From: Trichoplax sp. H2
Lineage: Eukaryota
DNA length: 64,000 bases
NCBI GenBank assembly: GCA_003344405.1
Contig: NOWV01000136.1
Coordinates: 1-64,000, forward strand
Direction of reading: 5' to 3'
Position numbers and translations under genes: made by a program. Position 1 is the first letter of the stretch. Each line of letters begins with the position of its first letter. Positions 32,901 to 46,264 of the stretch are shown piece by piece. The notes under the pieces are model-generated. The model did no database searches. It saw nothing but the letters and a program-made list of their open reading frames with translations, and had not been told where the DNA came from.

Positions 32901-35670
32901 GCGTTATGTAACTTGGCAAAGAGTTCTTCAGCGATCTACGAATTTGTAAATGTCATACGGATAATTAGATGAAATGTTTCTATAAAGTGATTTGTTTTCA
33001 TATATCTGTGATTGGGTTGTCTAGACTTACTTAAACAACATTAACTATATACATATATAGTTCTAATGTCTCATCATGAGTTAGCAACACTAGTTACAAA
33101 TCAACAACTAGAAGGTTTGATGCTGCGTATAAAAACACAGATGATGAAATTTGAATCGTGTAATAAAAGTCATCAGAAGTACTGCGGATGTACGCAGTAA
33201 AATATTGTGTAACACGTAACGCTGCAATTACTACTGTTCTTTGGTGAAAAAAATTGCTAACCGCTGCTTTGTTCGACTAAAGGTTATCCATTTATACGAA
33301 GACAATTTTATCATAGAATGGCTGTTGCGATAACGTTAGTAAAGCGATACCATCCTTACCTGTTTCTTGGTAGGATCAGGGTGTTTGTCAGGATGGTAAA
33401 CTACGCACATGCGACGGTAAGCAGTTCGTAATTCTTCAGGGGAAGCCTATCAGAAGATTTGGTTTGCAAAATATTAATAAGTTAACGCATTATGACAATA
33501 TCTAAGACAATTGAATACAGATAGATCATGGCCTATTAAGAATGTAGACATCACCTTTACAATAGTGCACTTATGAAAGCAGAAATAACATGAAATGCGA
33601 GTATGCTTTACAGCAATCCCTAGTTTTAAAGTCGTATATATTTTTGTGTACACATGCAGGCATTTCTAAATAAATAAATAAATTTTCCCGTTCGGAGAGA
33701 TTTTTAAGCTTTCTTAGCTAAAGAGTTTCAATGGTTTTACAAATTTCGGAACCTATTTTAACTGCTGATGTAACTATCTAATAAACAATATAATCACTTG
33801 TTACATTGTCAAAGAATCTCGATTACTATCTTTTTCAGGGTTCAACCAGAACTGTTTTTGCGGAATAATTCATTAAGCAATCCTACAATTCCTAGTTGCT
33901 ATTCGACAACCACAAAATTATTATGATGAACCCAGGTAATATTTTCCGCTCCTACCCAGTATCTATCACATAGTGTATCGCTTACTTGCATAACATTCAA
34001 GTACGTCCAAATTGCCAGAAGTACTACGATGGTAATTTTAAGATCCATAAACTTATGTAAAATAGGTCGTGTGCTGATTGTTTCCTACTACTATTTTGAT
34101 ACAGTAGTACAGTAATTGCATTCGATAGAGCAAGTAATCGTTCAATATAGTTGATATTCAAAGAGTAAATGACAACATGATACAGTAAATTTCATACCCA
34201 TGCTCATGCAAGTATTGTAAAATGATATATACCTCTTGCAGAATCTACAGGGCAACACGCCAATTGGGTGTAATCTCAATATAAAGATAATATATCTATC
34301 CACTACTCCAGGCTCATGCTTCAACTTAGACTACTAGAATTCCATCAACTCAAAATGTATTCACATTGTTACTAGCATGTTCCCATCACACTATAAGCTA
34401 CTAGAAATTGTTCTAGGTCTATTTTTAGTTTTTACATAAGTATAAACCCTCTTATTATCGACACCTTACTCAAGAACTGATGTGAAATAATATACGTAAA
34501 ACGTCAAGTGGTAAGCTACATGTGTAAAGCTTCTTTCTCAATCTGAGTGCAAGTATAGCTTTCCATGGATTAAGATTACGATTGTATCTTTATGTCCAGC
34601 ATGTTCCCATCAAGTCCATATGGTAAACTACCAGCAACAGAATACGAAAATCTGTTTTCAGTCCTCTACGTTATTACAAACCTTCTTATGATCTGTAGAT
34701 TGCTTGTAAGACCTTCAATATATTCATCTCATTAATATAACAGCATCGCAATATACCCAACGTAGACAACCTGTGCAAATACTTTTGTTAATCTAGCTAC
34801 AAATTTGAAAAGATGAATGCATACCCTAAATTACTAGTAATACATTGAGTGGAAGCCTATTCTCAGTCTACTAAGTCACAATAATCCTCTTGTTTTCTCT
34901 AGATTGCTCAAAAAACTAGTTCTATCCTTATACCAAAAGCACCTGCGGTATAGGTCGCATGTATAAATCTTCTTTCCTAATCTACCTGCAAGTATTGTCG
35001 TCCACGGATTAAGATTTCAAATGTATCTATATGACTAATACGTAGGTAGTACGAGTACATTTCACCAATTTGATACCGTAAACTACTAGTCCAGGACTAA
35101 GCAGATCTACTTGTAGCTTTCTATGTCACTGCAAAGTGCAAAGCTTCTTGTGATCGGTAGGTTTTTCAATACCTCATACCCATAGAATGCATAATCTCTT
35201 TAAAATCGTTTTACTGTATACGACTATACTCGTCTGATGCAATCCAATGCAAGAGCATGATACCTATACCCAAAGGCCACATGTGCAATTTCTCTTCTTT
35301 CTCAATCTGACTGCTGATGCTGTTTCCACACATTCATAAACAATCATAATAAGTAGTAAAGTATTCCATTGCTTAACTAATCTAACCTATACTGCTTCCA
35401 TGCATAATACAGATGGAAGCTAAGAATGTTGTTGCCTAGCTCTTACGATAGTTCACAATTTTAGCAAATTGATTAATTCATCTTGATACATGCCGATTGG
35501 ACAACATCACTTTCAGAATGGAAATAGTCCAATCGAATACATTGAATTTACTATAATCGAGTATTTATCGATGCTATAACTCTACTTACATCACGTCGAA
35601 CGTTAAGGATAGCGTAGTACTCTGAATGATCAGAATTAGGATCAATTTTCTCTTGGAAATCTTCCGCCAT
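29960..35670 (-). CDS. DNAJC11: DnaJ homolog subfamily C member 11 (mitochondrial outer membrane/MICOS-associated), multi-exon
   Basis: Exon 1 at 35590-35670 (MAEDFQ...[11 protein letters not shown]). The J-domain has HPD (YHPDKH) and '[18 protein letters not shown]'. The C-terminal region has '[16 protein letters not shown]', '[11 protein letters not shown]' and ends 'LRVPKQSHRIQGQE*' (TAA at 29960-29962). Confidence 0.93.
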
Positions 35671-36099
35671 GGAGGCAGTGAGCAATTTCAAGTTGGAAAT
35701 AAAATTTGCGCGGGCGCAGACCAAATTCAAACTGGTATCGAACTGCCCTAAGAGGAGAGGAAGAAGCGCATGCGCGATACTCGAGTGTTCGGCGTCGAGT
35801 GGGATAATGTGATGAAATTGGCTTACTGGGTACTGATTCAATCAGGTGAAGTAGTAACTACCATTGACTAGTTGTCTGTTTTTACTCCATTTGCTATGCG
35901 CATTGCAATATACTGTACGAGTACTACCATAGAGATTTAAAAGCACTTTGGATCAGAACCGCAACCATGGAAATAGCTCCTAGCAACCAGCTGCTTGAAG
36001 AGTACCTTTGCATTCCCAGGGGGGATCTTTCGAAGATTACTAGTGGCAATATCATGCGATAGAGTTTGCAATCTTTTGTAGTAATAGCTTGGCTGCAGA

Positions 36100-37430
36100 A
36101 GCAGTGGAAGAGATACACAAGATAAACTCAACAAGTCATCGATGAGAACTGTCTTCCATCTTCAACTTGCATTAGTAGCTAATGGTTTGATAGCAAAGAT
36201 TGTGCAAGAGCTTCCAGGATGAACTCGATGATCATCGGTAAATATGACTGTATCTACAATCTTAATATGTGCTAATTACTAATCTATACACATAAATAAA
36301 CAATTGACTGCAGAAATAGTGGAAGAATACGTTCTAGCATTAACTTAATAATCAACTGTAATACCTATCCTCTACGTCCTATTTGTATTAGTAGTGAGTA
36401 CATTGCCTTAACTGCAATAGCTATGGTGGAAGAATACACGTTGGCATTAGCGGTAATAACTTTCTTCCACGTCCTACTTGTGTTAGTAATGAATTACCTA
36501 AATGCAGCAATAGTGCAAGAGTACGTACAACTATTTACTTAACTATGATCAGTTGTAGCTACTATATTTTTATCCACATATCTGAGTTCGTAATTCTATA
36601 CTTGACTGCAGAAATAGTGAACGAGTATACGTAAAGACTAGCTCAATAAGTGATGAGCGATAGCTACCTTTCATCTCAAATTTGTGCGGCTGTTGATAAT
36701 AACTACCCTACAGAAAAGAGTGAAAGAGTCTTCACAAGCAGCTTAACAATCTTCGCTAGCGATTACTGTATCTTCGATCTTATATGTATTACTAGCTGAT
36801 TGCTTAGTACAATAGTAGTAGAAGAGTGCACACCACGATTAAGTCAGTAATCATTGGTAATAATTTACTATATCTTCAATCTCTGCTTGTATTAGTTACT
36901 AATTTATATAAAACAACCTACCTTATAAGTAAGAAAAAGAATTTGCTGAAGGATAACTCAGCAAATCATCGTTAATATTTACTGTATCTTCAATAATCTC
37001 AACTTGTATTAGTACCTAATATCACTGGGTTGCAGAAATGGTGGCAGACAATAACCACTATATCTTCAATCTCACACACAGCATTAACCGCTAGTTTAAA
37101 CAAAGACATAGACACTTAACTCCAGAAATAATCCAAGAGGACACACTAGGGTTAACTTAGTAATCATTGCTAATAATTGTTATATCTTCAATCTCATGCT
37201 TGTATTAGTTGGCAATTGACTGCAGAGATTGTGGAAGAGTATATGCATCTAACTCAGCGATCAGGCTAGGTTATTACGAGCTAAATTATAGACGCATACT
37301 AGATTTACGTTGATCACATTGATCGGTGATAACTATCTTCAATCATATATTTATATTGCTTGCTTATCGAATAATTGAAGATATAGTGAAAGGGCAAGGA
37401 TTAACTCAGTAATTAGGGTCAGTTTGCATA
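36100..37430. repeat. Degenerate tandem array, unit ~90-120 nt, between DNAJC11 and UGT copy 1
   Basis: Repeated 'tatcttcaatct...tgtattagt...ctgcagaaatagtggaaga...aactcag/aatca' motifs, roughly ten times. Confidence 0.7.
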
Positions 37431-37595
37431 ATTACTGACCAGCTTATTAACGCTTATAAAACTTGCATTGACTGATCGATAACCATTGTTAATTTCAATC
37501 TTGTATTAATAGCTAGGCAATTGAGTGCAAGACGAATATAAAGGTACCTTAAAATTTCTACAGTAGTACTACATTCTCCCATTCCTATCTCGGTA

Positions 37596-39663
37596 ATGCT
37601 GCTCTTCAACAAGCCATGGCAGGCAATAGCAGTGGTAATGCTATGCCTTCTCTTCATGACAAATCCACAATATGGTAATGGTGCTAAAATATTATCTATT
37701 GCACTATTCTATCCAAGTCATGCAAGAGTTATGAAGGAAATAGCAGCCCAATTACAAGCAAGAGATCACTCCGTTGTCCTTGTTATTTCATCTATCAGTG
37801 AGACTGTACAAGATCTTCATGAGTATCAATTTAAAACCAAATACTATCAGACACCAGTAACAAAATCAGCTATATCAGATTGTTCTGCTATAGCGTTACA
37901 AAACAATGACCCTCTACTGACGGCATGTTATGAATTAATTATCAGCGATGCACGAGCATTTAGCAATGATAAGAAGCTATTGGATGAATTAAAGAATGAA
38001 AATTTTGGTAAGCAATTGATTGAGGAGTACCTGTTGATTGAGCGATATGGTCATGAAGCATAGCATTACCTAGGCAGATCTAAAAGATTTGGATACTATC
38101 AGTTATAAATTGACATACAATAAAAACAGGCTGCAAATGAATACTAATGAAAGGCTGTAAATAATCGATAAACTTAAACAGCAGATTATTGTTTACCATG
38201 TATGTAGTAACAGATCAATTTGCGTTTATGCACCACAAATGTAGTAAAAGAATGCAAACAGTAGATGCAGTTTAGAGTAATTTACGAATCTCTATCTATC
38301 ACTACTATGTTATGGTTGTTTACGTCAACGAGAATAAAGATAAATCATACCTTGTGGGTATATTTTACTTCTTTAGTTGTTTTAAATTTTAGCGCACCTC
38401 ACGATAGAAGTAAGTCATTTGATTTTGATTGCTGCTGTAATGCTATTATTTTTATCTTTAGTGTACTTAACAACATAGTTTTAGGTAAAACATTGAAATA
38501 ACTATTACTGATGCTAGTCATTGGTATTATTCATAGATGCGATAGTGTGCGATGTTAGCTGCTACATGTGTCAAGTAGTAGCCGAATATATTGATATTAA
38601 GATCCAAGTGGATGTATCCCTATTTGGATTTGGTGATCCTTTGCTAGCGCGTGCATTCAATATTCCTAGTCCATTAGCTTATGTTCGTCAAGTTGGATTA
38701 ACATCACCGTACAAAATGGGTTTATATCATCGTACATTTAATGTCATCTTAAGATTGATTGTGCCCTTTTTCATCGATCAATTCATGTTTAATCCGATGT
38801 ATGCAGCTATCAATACTACAAATCTTGGCCTTGATTCCTTGCCAAATTACAGCATTAAAAGATCTACCTTCTTGCTTGTCAACTCCGATTTTGCTCTTGA
38901 GAACTCACGTCCAATTACTCCAACGACGAAAGTCGTTGGTCCAATTCTTCCAAGGCCACCAGCAGCATTACCCCCTAATTTACAGCAATTTATCAATTCT
39001 AATAATAAAGGCACAATTGTGGTATCGTTTGGTTCAGTTTTTAGTGCCTTAAAGTTTTTAACCGATATTCAAATTTTTTTCCATTCATTTGATCGGTTAC
39101 CTTACAATGTTATATGGAAATATCCCGATGAAAATCGTGTAAATATGGATAACTCTATCAAGACAGTTCAATGGCTGCCACAGAACGATCTTCTTGGACA
39201 TCCAAATGTGATAGCTTTCGTTACACATTGTGGATTAAATAGTGTCCTTGAAGCTGCCTATCATGGCGTACCTATGGTAGCTATTCCTGTAGCGGGTGAT
39301 GGATATGATCATGCACAAAAAATTTTAGCTAAAAATATAGGCGTTGTTTTGGACGTTAAGACGATTACTAGTGACGAAGTATTTAATGCCATTATGCAAG
39401 TGACAACTGATAAAAGTATTATTGCAAGTGTTAAACGAGTAGCTAAATGCATTAAAAATAGACCTAATAACAGAACACCAGTTGAGGAAGCTGTAGACTG
39501 GATAGAATATGCACTAGGCAATGAAGGAGGACATTATCTTCGAACTATGGAATATACAATACCATGGTATAAACTATATTTAATAGATATTTTCACTATA
39601 TTTTTTATTGCACTTTTTATAATTCTAAAAATCTTTCAATTCATACACAAGAAATTTTTCTAA
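37596..39663 (+). CDS. UDP-glucuronosyl/glycosyltransferase (GT1), copy 1, two exons (37596-38007, 38537-39663)
   Basis: Signal peptide, 'PSH' catalytic His region, UGT signature 'WLPQNDLLGHP...FVTHCGLNSVLEAAYHGVP', C-terminal TM helix and a KKFF dilysine end. One phase-1 GT-AG intron at ENF/D. Confidence 0.93.
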
Positions 39664-41044
39664 AATTGAAATTACGGTACAATACTATATTTATTTACAG
39701 TCAGAAATTTGTACGCCATAATTTTAAAAAAGAAACCACAGTAGAGTTTAATACATGGCTTTGAACGAATAATGAACGATTGCCAACAATTTACAGTTAT
39801 TATCGTTTTGAACCTACAAACTCTGTTGGTATCTTTTCCTTTGCTCATTTAGGTAATCCTAGGCAATGCCGTGAGTTTAGTATTGCTACTTAATAGGTTA
39901 TGTACTAAGGTATATAAACTGATGCATCGAGTAGATCGGTAGTTCTTGCCTATGCGTATGTTGTAGATTCTTTAGCGGTTTAAGATTTTACTGTAACAAA
40001 AGTTTAATTCATTACATTAATTAAATCCGATTTGTTTAATGTTATCATTATGTACCCCAACGAATTGACTTTGTTACATCCTACAGCATAATTTTTCGAG
40101 TAATGAAAGACGCCCACATTAGATTGTTTGTCTGTATTTATGGAACTTAATTTTCACATTTTGAGACTTGGAGCTTAAGTAGCTAACATGTAAAATTTTG
40201 TGTTAGTTACTCATTATATCGTTATTTATTATCTATGTAAAATGGTACACTTCGGAATCTCAAATTAGCGATAAAGTTTAACTGATCTGGAATTTCCTAA
40301 CAAGTTTGCGATCTATTCTTTGATTGAATTTGCTTTCAAACCAAACACAACTTGGTATTGTTGCTACAAAATCCTGAATTGGTATTAATATTGTTGTTCT
40401 GTTAATTGCTTCTCTTCATATTCTGTTTCGCAAATCAAATATACCAAAGTATCACAACGCAATAAACTATAGTAATGCATTATAATTATCTATCAACAAC
40501 CAGATGTAAGCATCGTAGGACGTAATGTACGATAAATTTATTTCAAACTGTGAATCAGAAAATTTCGAGTAGAGAGTTAAGAAGTTTTTTTTTTGAAGAA
40601 CTTGTTACAATTCAAAGGCCTTCTCTCATGACACTACAATGCTGTAGTAACTCGCTATTACATAGCGCATTAGTTCGTACATCAGTCCAGTAAGACCGTA
40701 GTTTATCGTAATAATTTACTATAAACCGTTTGTTGTCGAAATGGTGATATTTTTCAGGATTCATCAATACATAATATTAAAATCAACCTTCAATATAATA
40801 ACTCATAACTACAGTTTATTATACGCAAGAAAACGCATCATTGCTACCACAACAGAGTCCCTAACAGTACGTATTGTAACTTATACCCATTAGCCTACTA
40901 ATTTATTCGTATCAAAATTTGAATAGCTATTGGAATTGTTGGCGACATTCATAATCTAGTAAATTATCTTAATCAAAATTATCAGTAAGTAAAGAAAATA
41001 AGGAATTCCCTTAATTATAACTTATAGTAATAAAGCGATCAAAA

Positions 41045-44000
41045 CTATATATCCCATAATCTTGTACAACAGTCGCTGCCAACAGATACGAATGAAGAAT
41101 TGTCCAACCAGACAATACCATTCACAGGGGACATCGGATGGGCTCCTACAGATATATTTAAAGTTAAGTTTAATCGATAACTGTTTCCATTAAGGTAATA
41201 CCTAATTATTTATAAAATCTCCTTCATTACTACAATATACAGGCCTAAACTTTTAGTGAGTCGGAACTACAGTTATACTGTACCTTTGACGATTGCTTTC
41301 TTGCCAGCATCGGCAACTGACCACAATATAACATTGGAATCAATGCCACCAGATGCAATATATGTAGAATCAGGTGACCAAGCAAGGTACGATACTCGGG
41401 CGGTATGATAACTCCAACTATGTAGTGTCTACAATATATTTCAAATGACATTAATAATCGGAAATACAATAATCGCTAAGTTGTATAATTGAAGATTCAT
41501 GATATCAAATAATGCTTCTTACTACAGAGTAAGCCTTTGTTGCCATTACGGTGAGACATCTTTGAGAATCTCCAACAGCTAACAATTCGCCATTTGGCGA
41601 ATATGCCAGATGCGACGGAGTACCTCTCACAGATACCTTAGTTATTTCTTCCAAGTTATACCCGCTTACTTTGTAAACATACACGAAACTTTCCTATATT
41701 CAAATATTAAAACTACTTACAACATATTTCTGTAACAAGTGTTATTTTGCCAATTTAATTTAGCTATCTTGTACCTTGCTACTTCCAACAGCTAGTTCAC
41801 AAGTTACAGAGTTGAATGAGATACTGTTTGGCTCATACTTCACAAGTAAACTATTTTCTTTTTGGCCTTCATTAGTGATCGAGATCTGATATCATAACGT
41901 AAATATAATAGAAACGAAATTACCGTTTGATAAACAAATCTTGAAAGGCCTTGTTTAATTTCATGTATTATGTACCTCGTTCATGCACGCAACAAAAATA
42001 ATGTTGCCTCCCCCACTACACAAAGCGCGAGGTTGAGAGTCTAATTTCAGGGAATAAGAACTAAAACAAAGTTATAAAAATCGATTATATTTTCACTAAA
42101 AATAATTTCTATAGTAATCTACTGCTATAACATACCTGTACTCGTTAGATGCGGTTGAAAACTTTTTCATGCAATCGTCAATTCCTACGGTGTAAACTTC
42201 GTCTCCAACGGTAAGCATAGCGTTAACTTGATTGTTATGACCGACGCCTTTAATTTCATCGTTATCTCCAGTGGTAGTATCCCAAGATAGTGCCATAGGT
42301 TAAAGACATAAAACAATCTAAAAATTCATTTAATTCTGTAATGGTAACGTTATCTATACAGTAAAATACGGGTTACAGTTAGACGATCGAAAAGATATTT
42401 GTTAATCCGGTATAGTCTACAGTGTATATCTTTTTCTTGTCAGCCGATAAGGTTATAGCAGTAATAGCCTTTTGATGTCCCTAGATTAACAAATAGATGA
42501 TTAATATGAATAAGTATTGCTTCAAAGAACGTTTAAGTTTAGAGCAATTGAACCTTTATGATTATACCTTAATAACTTTCGTCAAAGCTGAATTACTAAA
42601 GTCTAAATAGTTTATGTAGCCGGAAAGTGATACTGATAGAATATGATCCCCTTGCCACAAGCATCCCAATTGTTGATCGAGTAACTTACTGCCTACGTTA
42701 ATTGTACTAAAAAATTTTCATGTCAAAAAGATGTAAATCCAAATTTATGTATAAATTCAATAAGTAGTATAAGCGACTAAATATTTACCCCATCAGCTCA
42801 AGCGTATTAGCATCCCATAATTTGACAGATTTATCCGCGGAACAAGTAATAAGTTGGGCAGAGTCTGCTTTCCAGGCAGACTGTTTAAAATAAAACGAAT
42901 TGAAATAATTAAGTATCTTTCCTAAGCTATCATGATATAGCTATTATTAATACTTTTATAACTACTGTGGAAAAATGGATAATTAATACATTACTCTACC
43001 CCATAGATTCCACCACTATGAGCGGGATTGCCAAGTTCTCCTTCTTTTTCTGCAGTCTTACCGTTATACAAAAATGCTCTTCCATCTGCTCCACCAGATA
43101 CGAATTTTTCTCCATTAGGAGAAAATTTAATGGTATTAATAAACTTAGAATGGCTCTATGAATAGGTAAAATAAGCTTTAATAAAGTATTCCAGTATAAC
43201 ATTAAAATTAATCGATCACTAAATAAATGATCATTACATTGATCTTTTGATCGAATTTAAAAGGTGGTCCAGAATGAAACGCGATCTGCATGTCTTCTCC
43301 TCCAGTAGCAACCTTGTATGGTCGTGATGGTTTGAAGTCAACACAAGTTATTGGCTTATGATGACCAGTGATAGTACCGACGCTACTTCCGCTGTCCCAT
43401 AAGAAGGCGCTCGCGAACCTTACCAATACAAAATATAAGCAATTAGACTTTTTATCCCTATGAAAGTATTATTGTCTGAATAGAGCCATACTTCTCTCTA
43501 CCATCACCAGCGGTAATGATCCTCTTACTGTCTGGTGACCAACAAAGATCATAAATCGCTCCGTGGGGTTGATACTCATACTTTAACAAATGTTCACGCT
43601 GTGTAGTGTCCCAAATTCGAATTTTTCCTCCAGTGTCTGAATATAGGTAGCAGTAACAATGAATATAGTCGTAATTTTGATCACATTCATATGAAGAATG
43701 GAGAAATCGTTCTATGGAATTTGCTTACCAGCAGATGCAATATAGAACCCACTCGGAGCATAGCGTGCAACTGTTGTTTGCAGAGCATGTTGAGCATAAA
43801 CATCACTTTCAGCTAAGTTCTGTGGACGTTAATATCATTAGTTAATTTTTGATTTAGTAATTAATGATTTACTGAGTCAATTTGACGATTAATAACACAT
43901 GATGTAGAGCATTCAAATTCTTTATCATTACAGTAGTATTATATATCAAATGTTGTCAGGATTTTGTAGACGCCTTTGCAAGGAATTAAAGTTGTATAGT

Positions 44001-46264
44001 ACTGTATACCGATCTCTAGATGAAAGTAATTCGATATTTGTATCACGGTATCTAAGTGCTCCAAATACCTCGATATTTCTGATTATAACATGGTTTCCAA
44101 TACAATATAAGAAATTTTTGCCCTTAGGATCGCCACCAATCTGAACACTTCGTCCACGTTCTGTTCGAGGCAAAGCTGCAAAGCAGTTCTCTAGAAAAGA
44201 TTTATTGTATTAATCATTTTAATATTATTTTCAATTTTATAGCTATAATAACGGCTACCGATTAATCCTTAAATTAACGAGAACATCGGCAGATATCACA
44301 CCTCTTTACTATGTCTACTAAGTTAAATTTTAAATTCTCATTGCTCAGGAATTTCTTGTACGTCAAATAGCATCCATGAAATGTATTTCTACAAGAATGT
44401 TTACAACATGAACTATGATCCTTTATTTCTTACAATGGAAAAATACTGTACCAGAAAAGCAATTTAGCTTCTGATTTACAAAAAGTTAAGAATAGTAAAA
44501 TGTGTTTTCTGTCAGAGCAAAAATAGTAGCAACTACTCCACTCTACATTTCATTTCTGTAATATAAGGTTTGCATCCAAATTCGTAGTATCTGGTGTTAG
44601 TATTGGTAGTTAACCTAGCAGAGTTGTAAATCGTCACACCTGATCTGATACTTGATTAGCTTACGACTTTATCATGACCAAATCAAAAGTATAGTAGAGT
44701 ACTTTCCGTAGTACTTGTTATGTACTATCATTATTCTTATTTTCTAGCAACAAGGTTGAAGATAACTTGATCACTCACAATTCAAGAGATTGCATGCTTG
44801 CAGTCTACCGTACCAGTGCTACTGTCGTTAATTTGTTAATTATTTATTTGAACCGTAATCTTGAAGTCTATTCAATTTGCTAACAACAATCAATTTATCA
44901 AGAAGTAAACTTGGTTTAGCTTAAAATTTAACATGATAGACTAGATGATGATTGTCTATTTGCTTGTTTCATTAGCAACATGTTCTAAAAGAGCTTGCTT
45001 ACGAGAGATTACACACCTATAGCCTACCGTAGCAGGACTAAAAAAATTGTAATTATTTGACCCCTAATCTTGAAATCGATTCAATGAAGCTCACAAATCT
45101 ATCTGTCAAGGCAAGTCGATAAAAATTGACGTTGGATCAGCTTTAAACTTAGCACGATAGAGTTGATCGACATTGTCTCCTAGTGTATTTCAATAGCAAT
45201 ACACTTGGAGACAACTAAACTTCCAATTTAAGAGATTAAGCGCCTGCAGCCTAATGTTCAAGGAGCCTAGGACTACTGAATTATTATTATTTGACCCCTA
45301 ATCCTGAGACCAATTCTAAGACGTCAATCCCTCAAGACAAGTCGATAAAACTGGATGTTGGATCAATTTATCAGCCTACCATAGCAGTATTAGCGTCATG
45401 AATTAATGAATTTACATGACCCGTCATGCTGGAAGTCGATTCAATTTGCTAACAAATCTATTCCATCAAGACAAGTCGATAAAAATTAAAGTTGGATCTA
45501 CTTCCAATTTCATACGATAGAGTCGATCGATATGGTCTCTATGCGTGTTCCAATAGCAACATGCTTGGAGATAAACTAAAAACTCACAATTCAAGAGATT
45601 ACGTGCCTGCAGCCTAACGTACAAGGACTAATCAATTATTTGACCCCTATTTCATGATGCCAATTCTTCAGGAAAAGTAGATGAAATGTAATGCACGATC
45701 AATTTATAACTCAACATGATAGAGTAGATCCACATTGTCTCTTTGCTTGTCTAATGAATAACATGCTCACAACTGAAGAGACTATATGCATACAGCCTAC
45801 CATCACAGAATATTACGATGAGGAATATTCATTTATTTGACCCTCAATCATGACATCAATACAATTTATGAAGCAATCTATCGATCAAGATTAGTCGATA
45901 AAAATTGACGTAGGATCCATTTCAAAATTAGCAGGATAGAGTCGATCGGCACTGTCTTCTTGCGTATTCGAATAGCAAGACGCTTAGAGAGACAAATTTA
46001 ACTCCTAATTTAGCAAATTACACGCCTACAGCCTACTGTACCAGGACTAACGAAATCACTTGAATGAATTCGTTAGCCGTTAATCCTAAGGGCGATTAAT
46101 GTTTACGCGATCGACAAGTAGATAAAATTAGACGTTGGATCAACTTAGAACTTAATAGGATAGCGTAGATCGACATTATCTCCTTGATTGTTCGTCTAAC
46201 AACATGCTTGAAGACAACTTACTCCCAATTTAAGGCAATATTACTTACTTAAATTACAAGACAT
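41045..46264 (-). CDS. WDR1: WD repeat protein 1 / actin-interacting protein 1 (AIP1)
   Basis: Exon 1 at 46249-46264 (MSCNL) plus exon 2 gives '[29 protein letters not shown]'. Further motifs are '[15 protein letters not shown]', 'FKPSRPY', 'GPPFKF' and 'GVGHNNQV'. The last exon reads '[15 protein letters not shown]...RLWDI*'. One intron (42290-42398) is AT-AC. Confidence 0.94.
42290..42398 (-). other. U12-type (minor spliceosome) AT-AC intron in WDR1
   Basis: On the minus strand the 5' end is ATATCTTTT, a branch-site-like TCTTTAAC lies at 42306-42299, and the 3' end is AC. Removing it gives in-frame DYTGLT-I-SWDTTTG. Confidence 0.88.
44750..46240. repeat. Degenerate ~200-nt tandem array filling WDR1 intron 1 (also present in the pseudogene at ~49740-51340)
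   Basis: 'gtcgataaaaattgacgttggatc', 'atagcaacatgctt' and 'ttatttgacccctaatc' recur, e.g. near 45115, 45341, 45475, 45894 and 46118. Confidence 0.8.
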
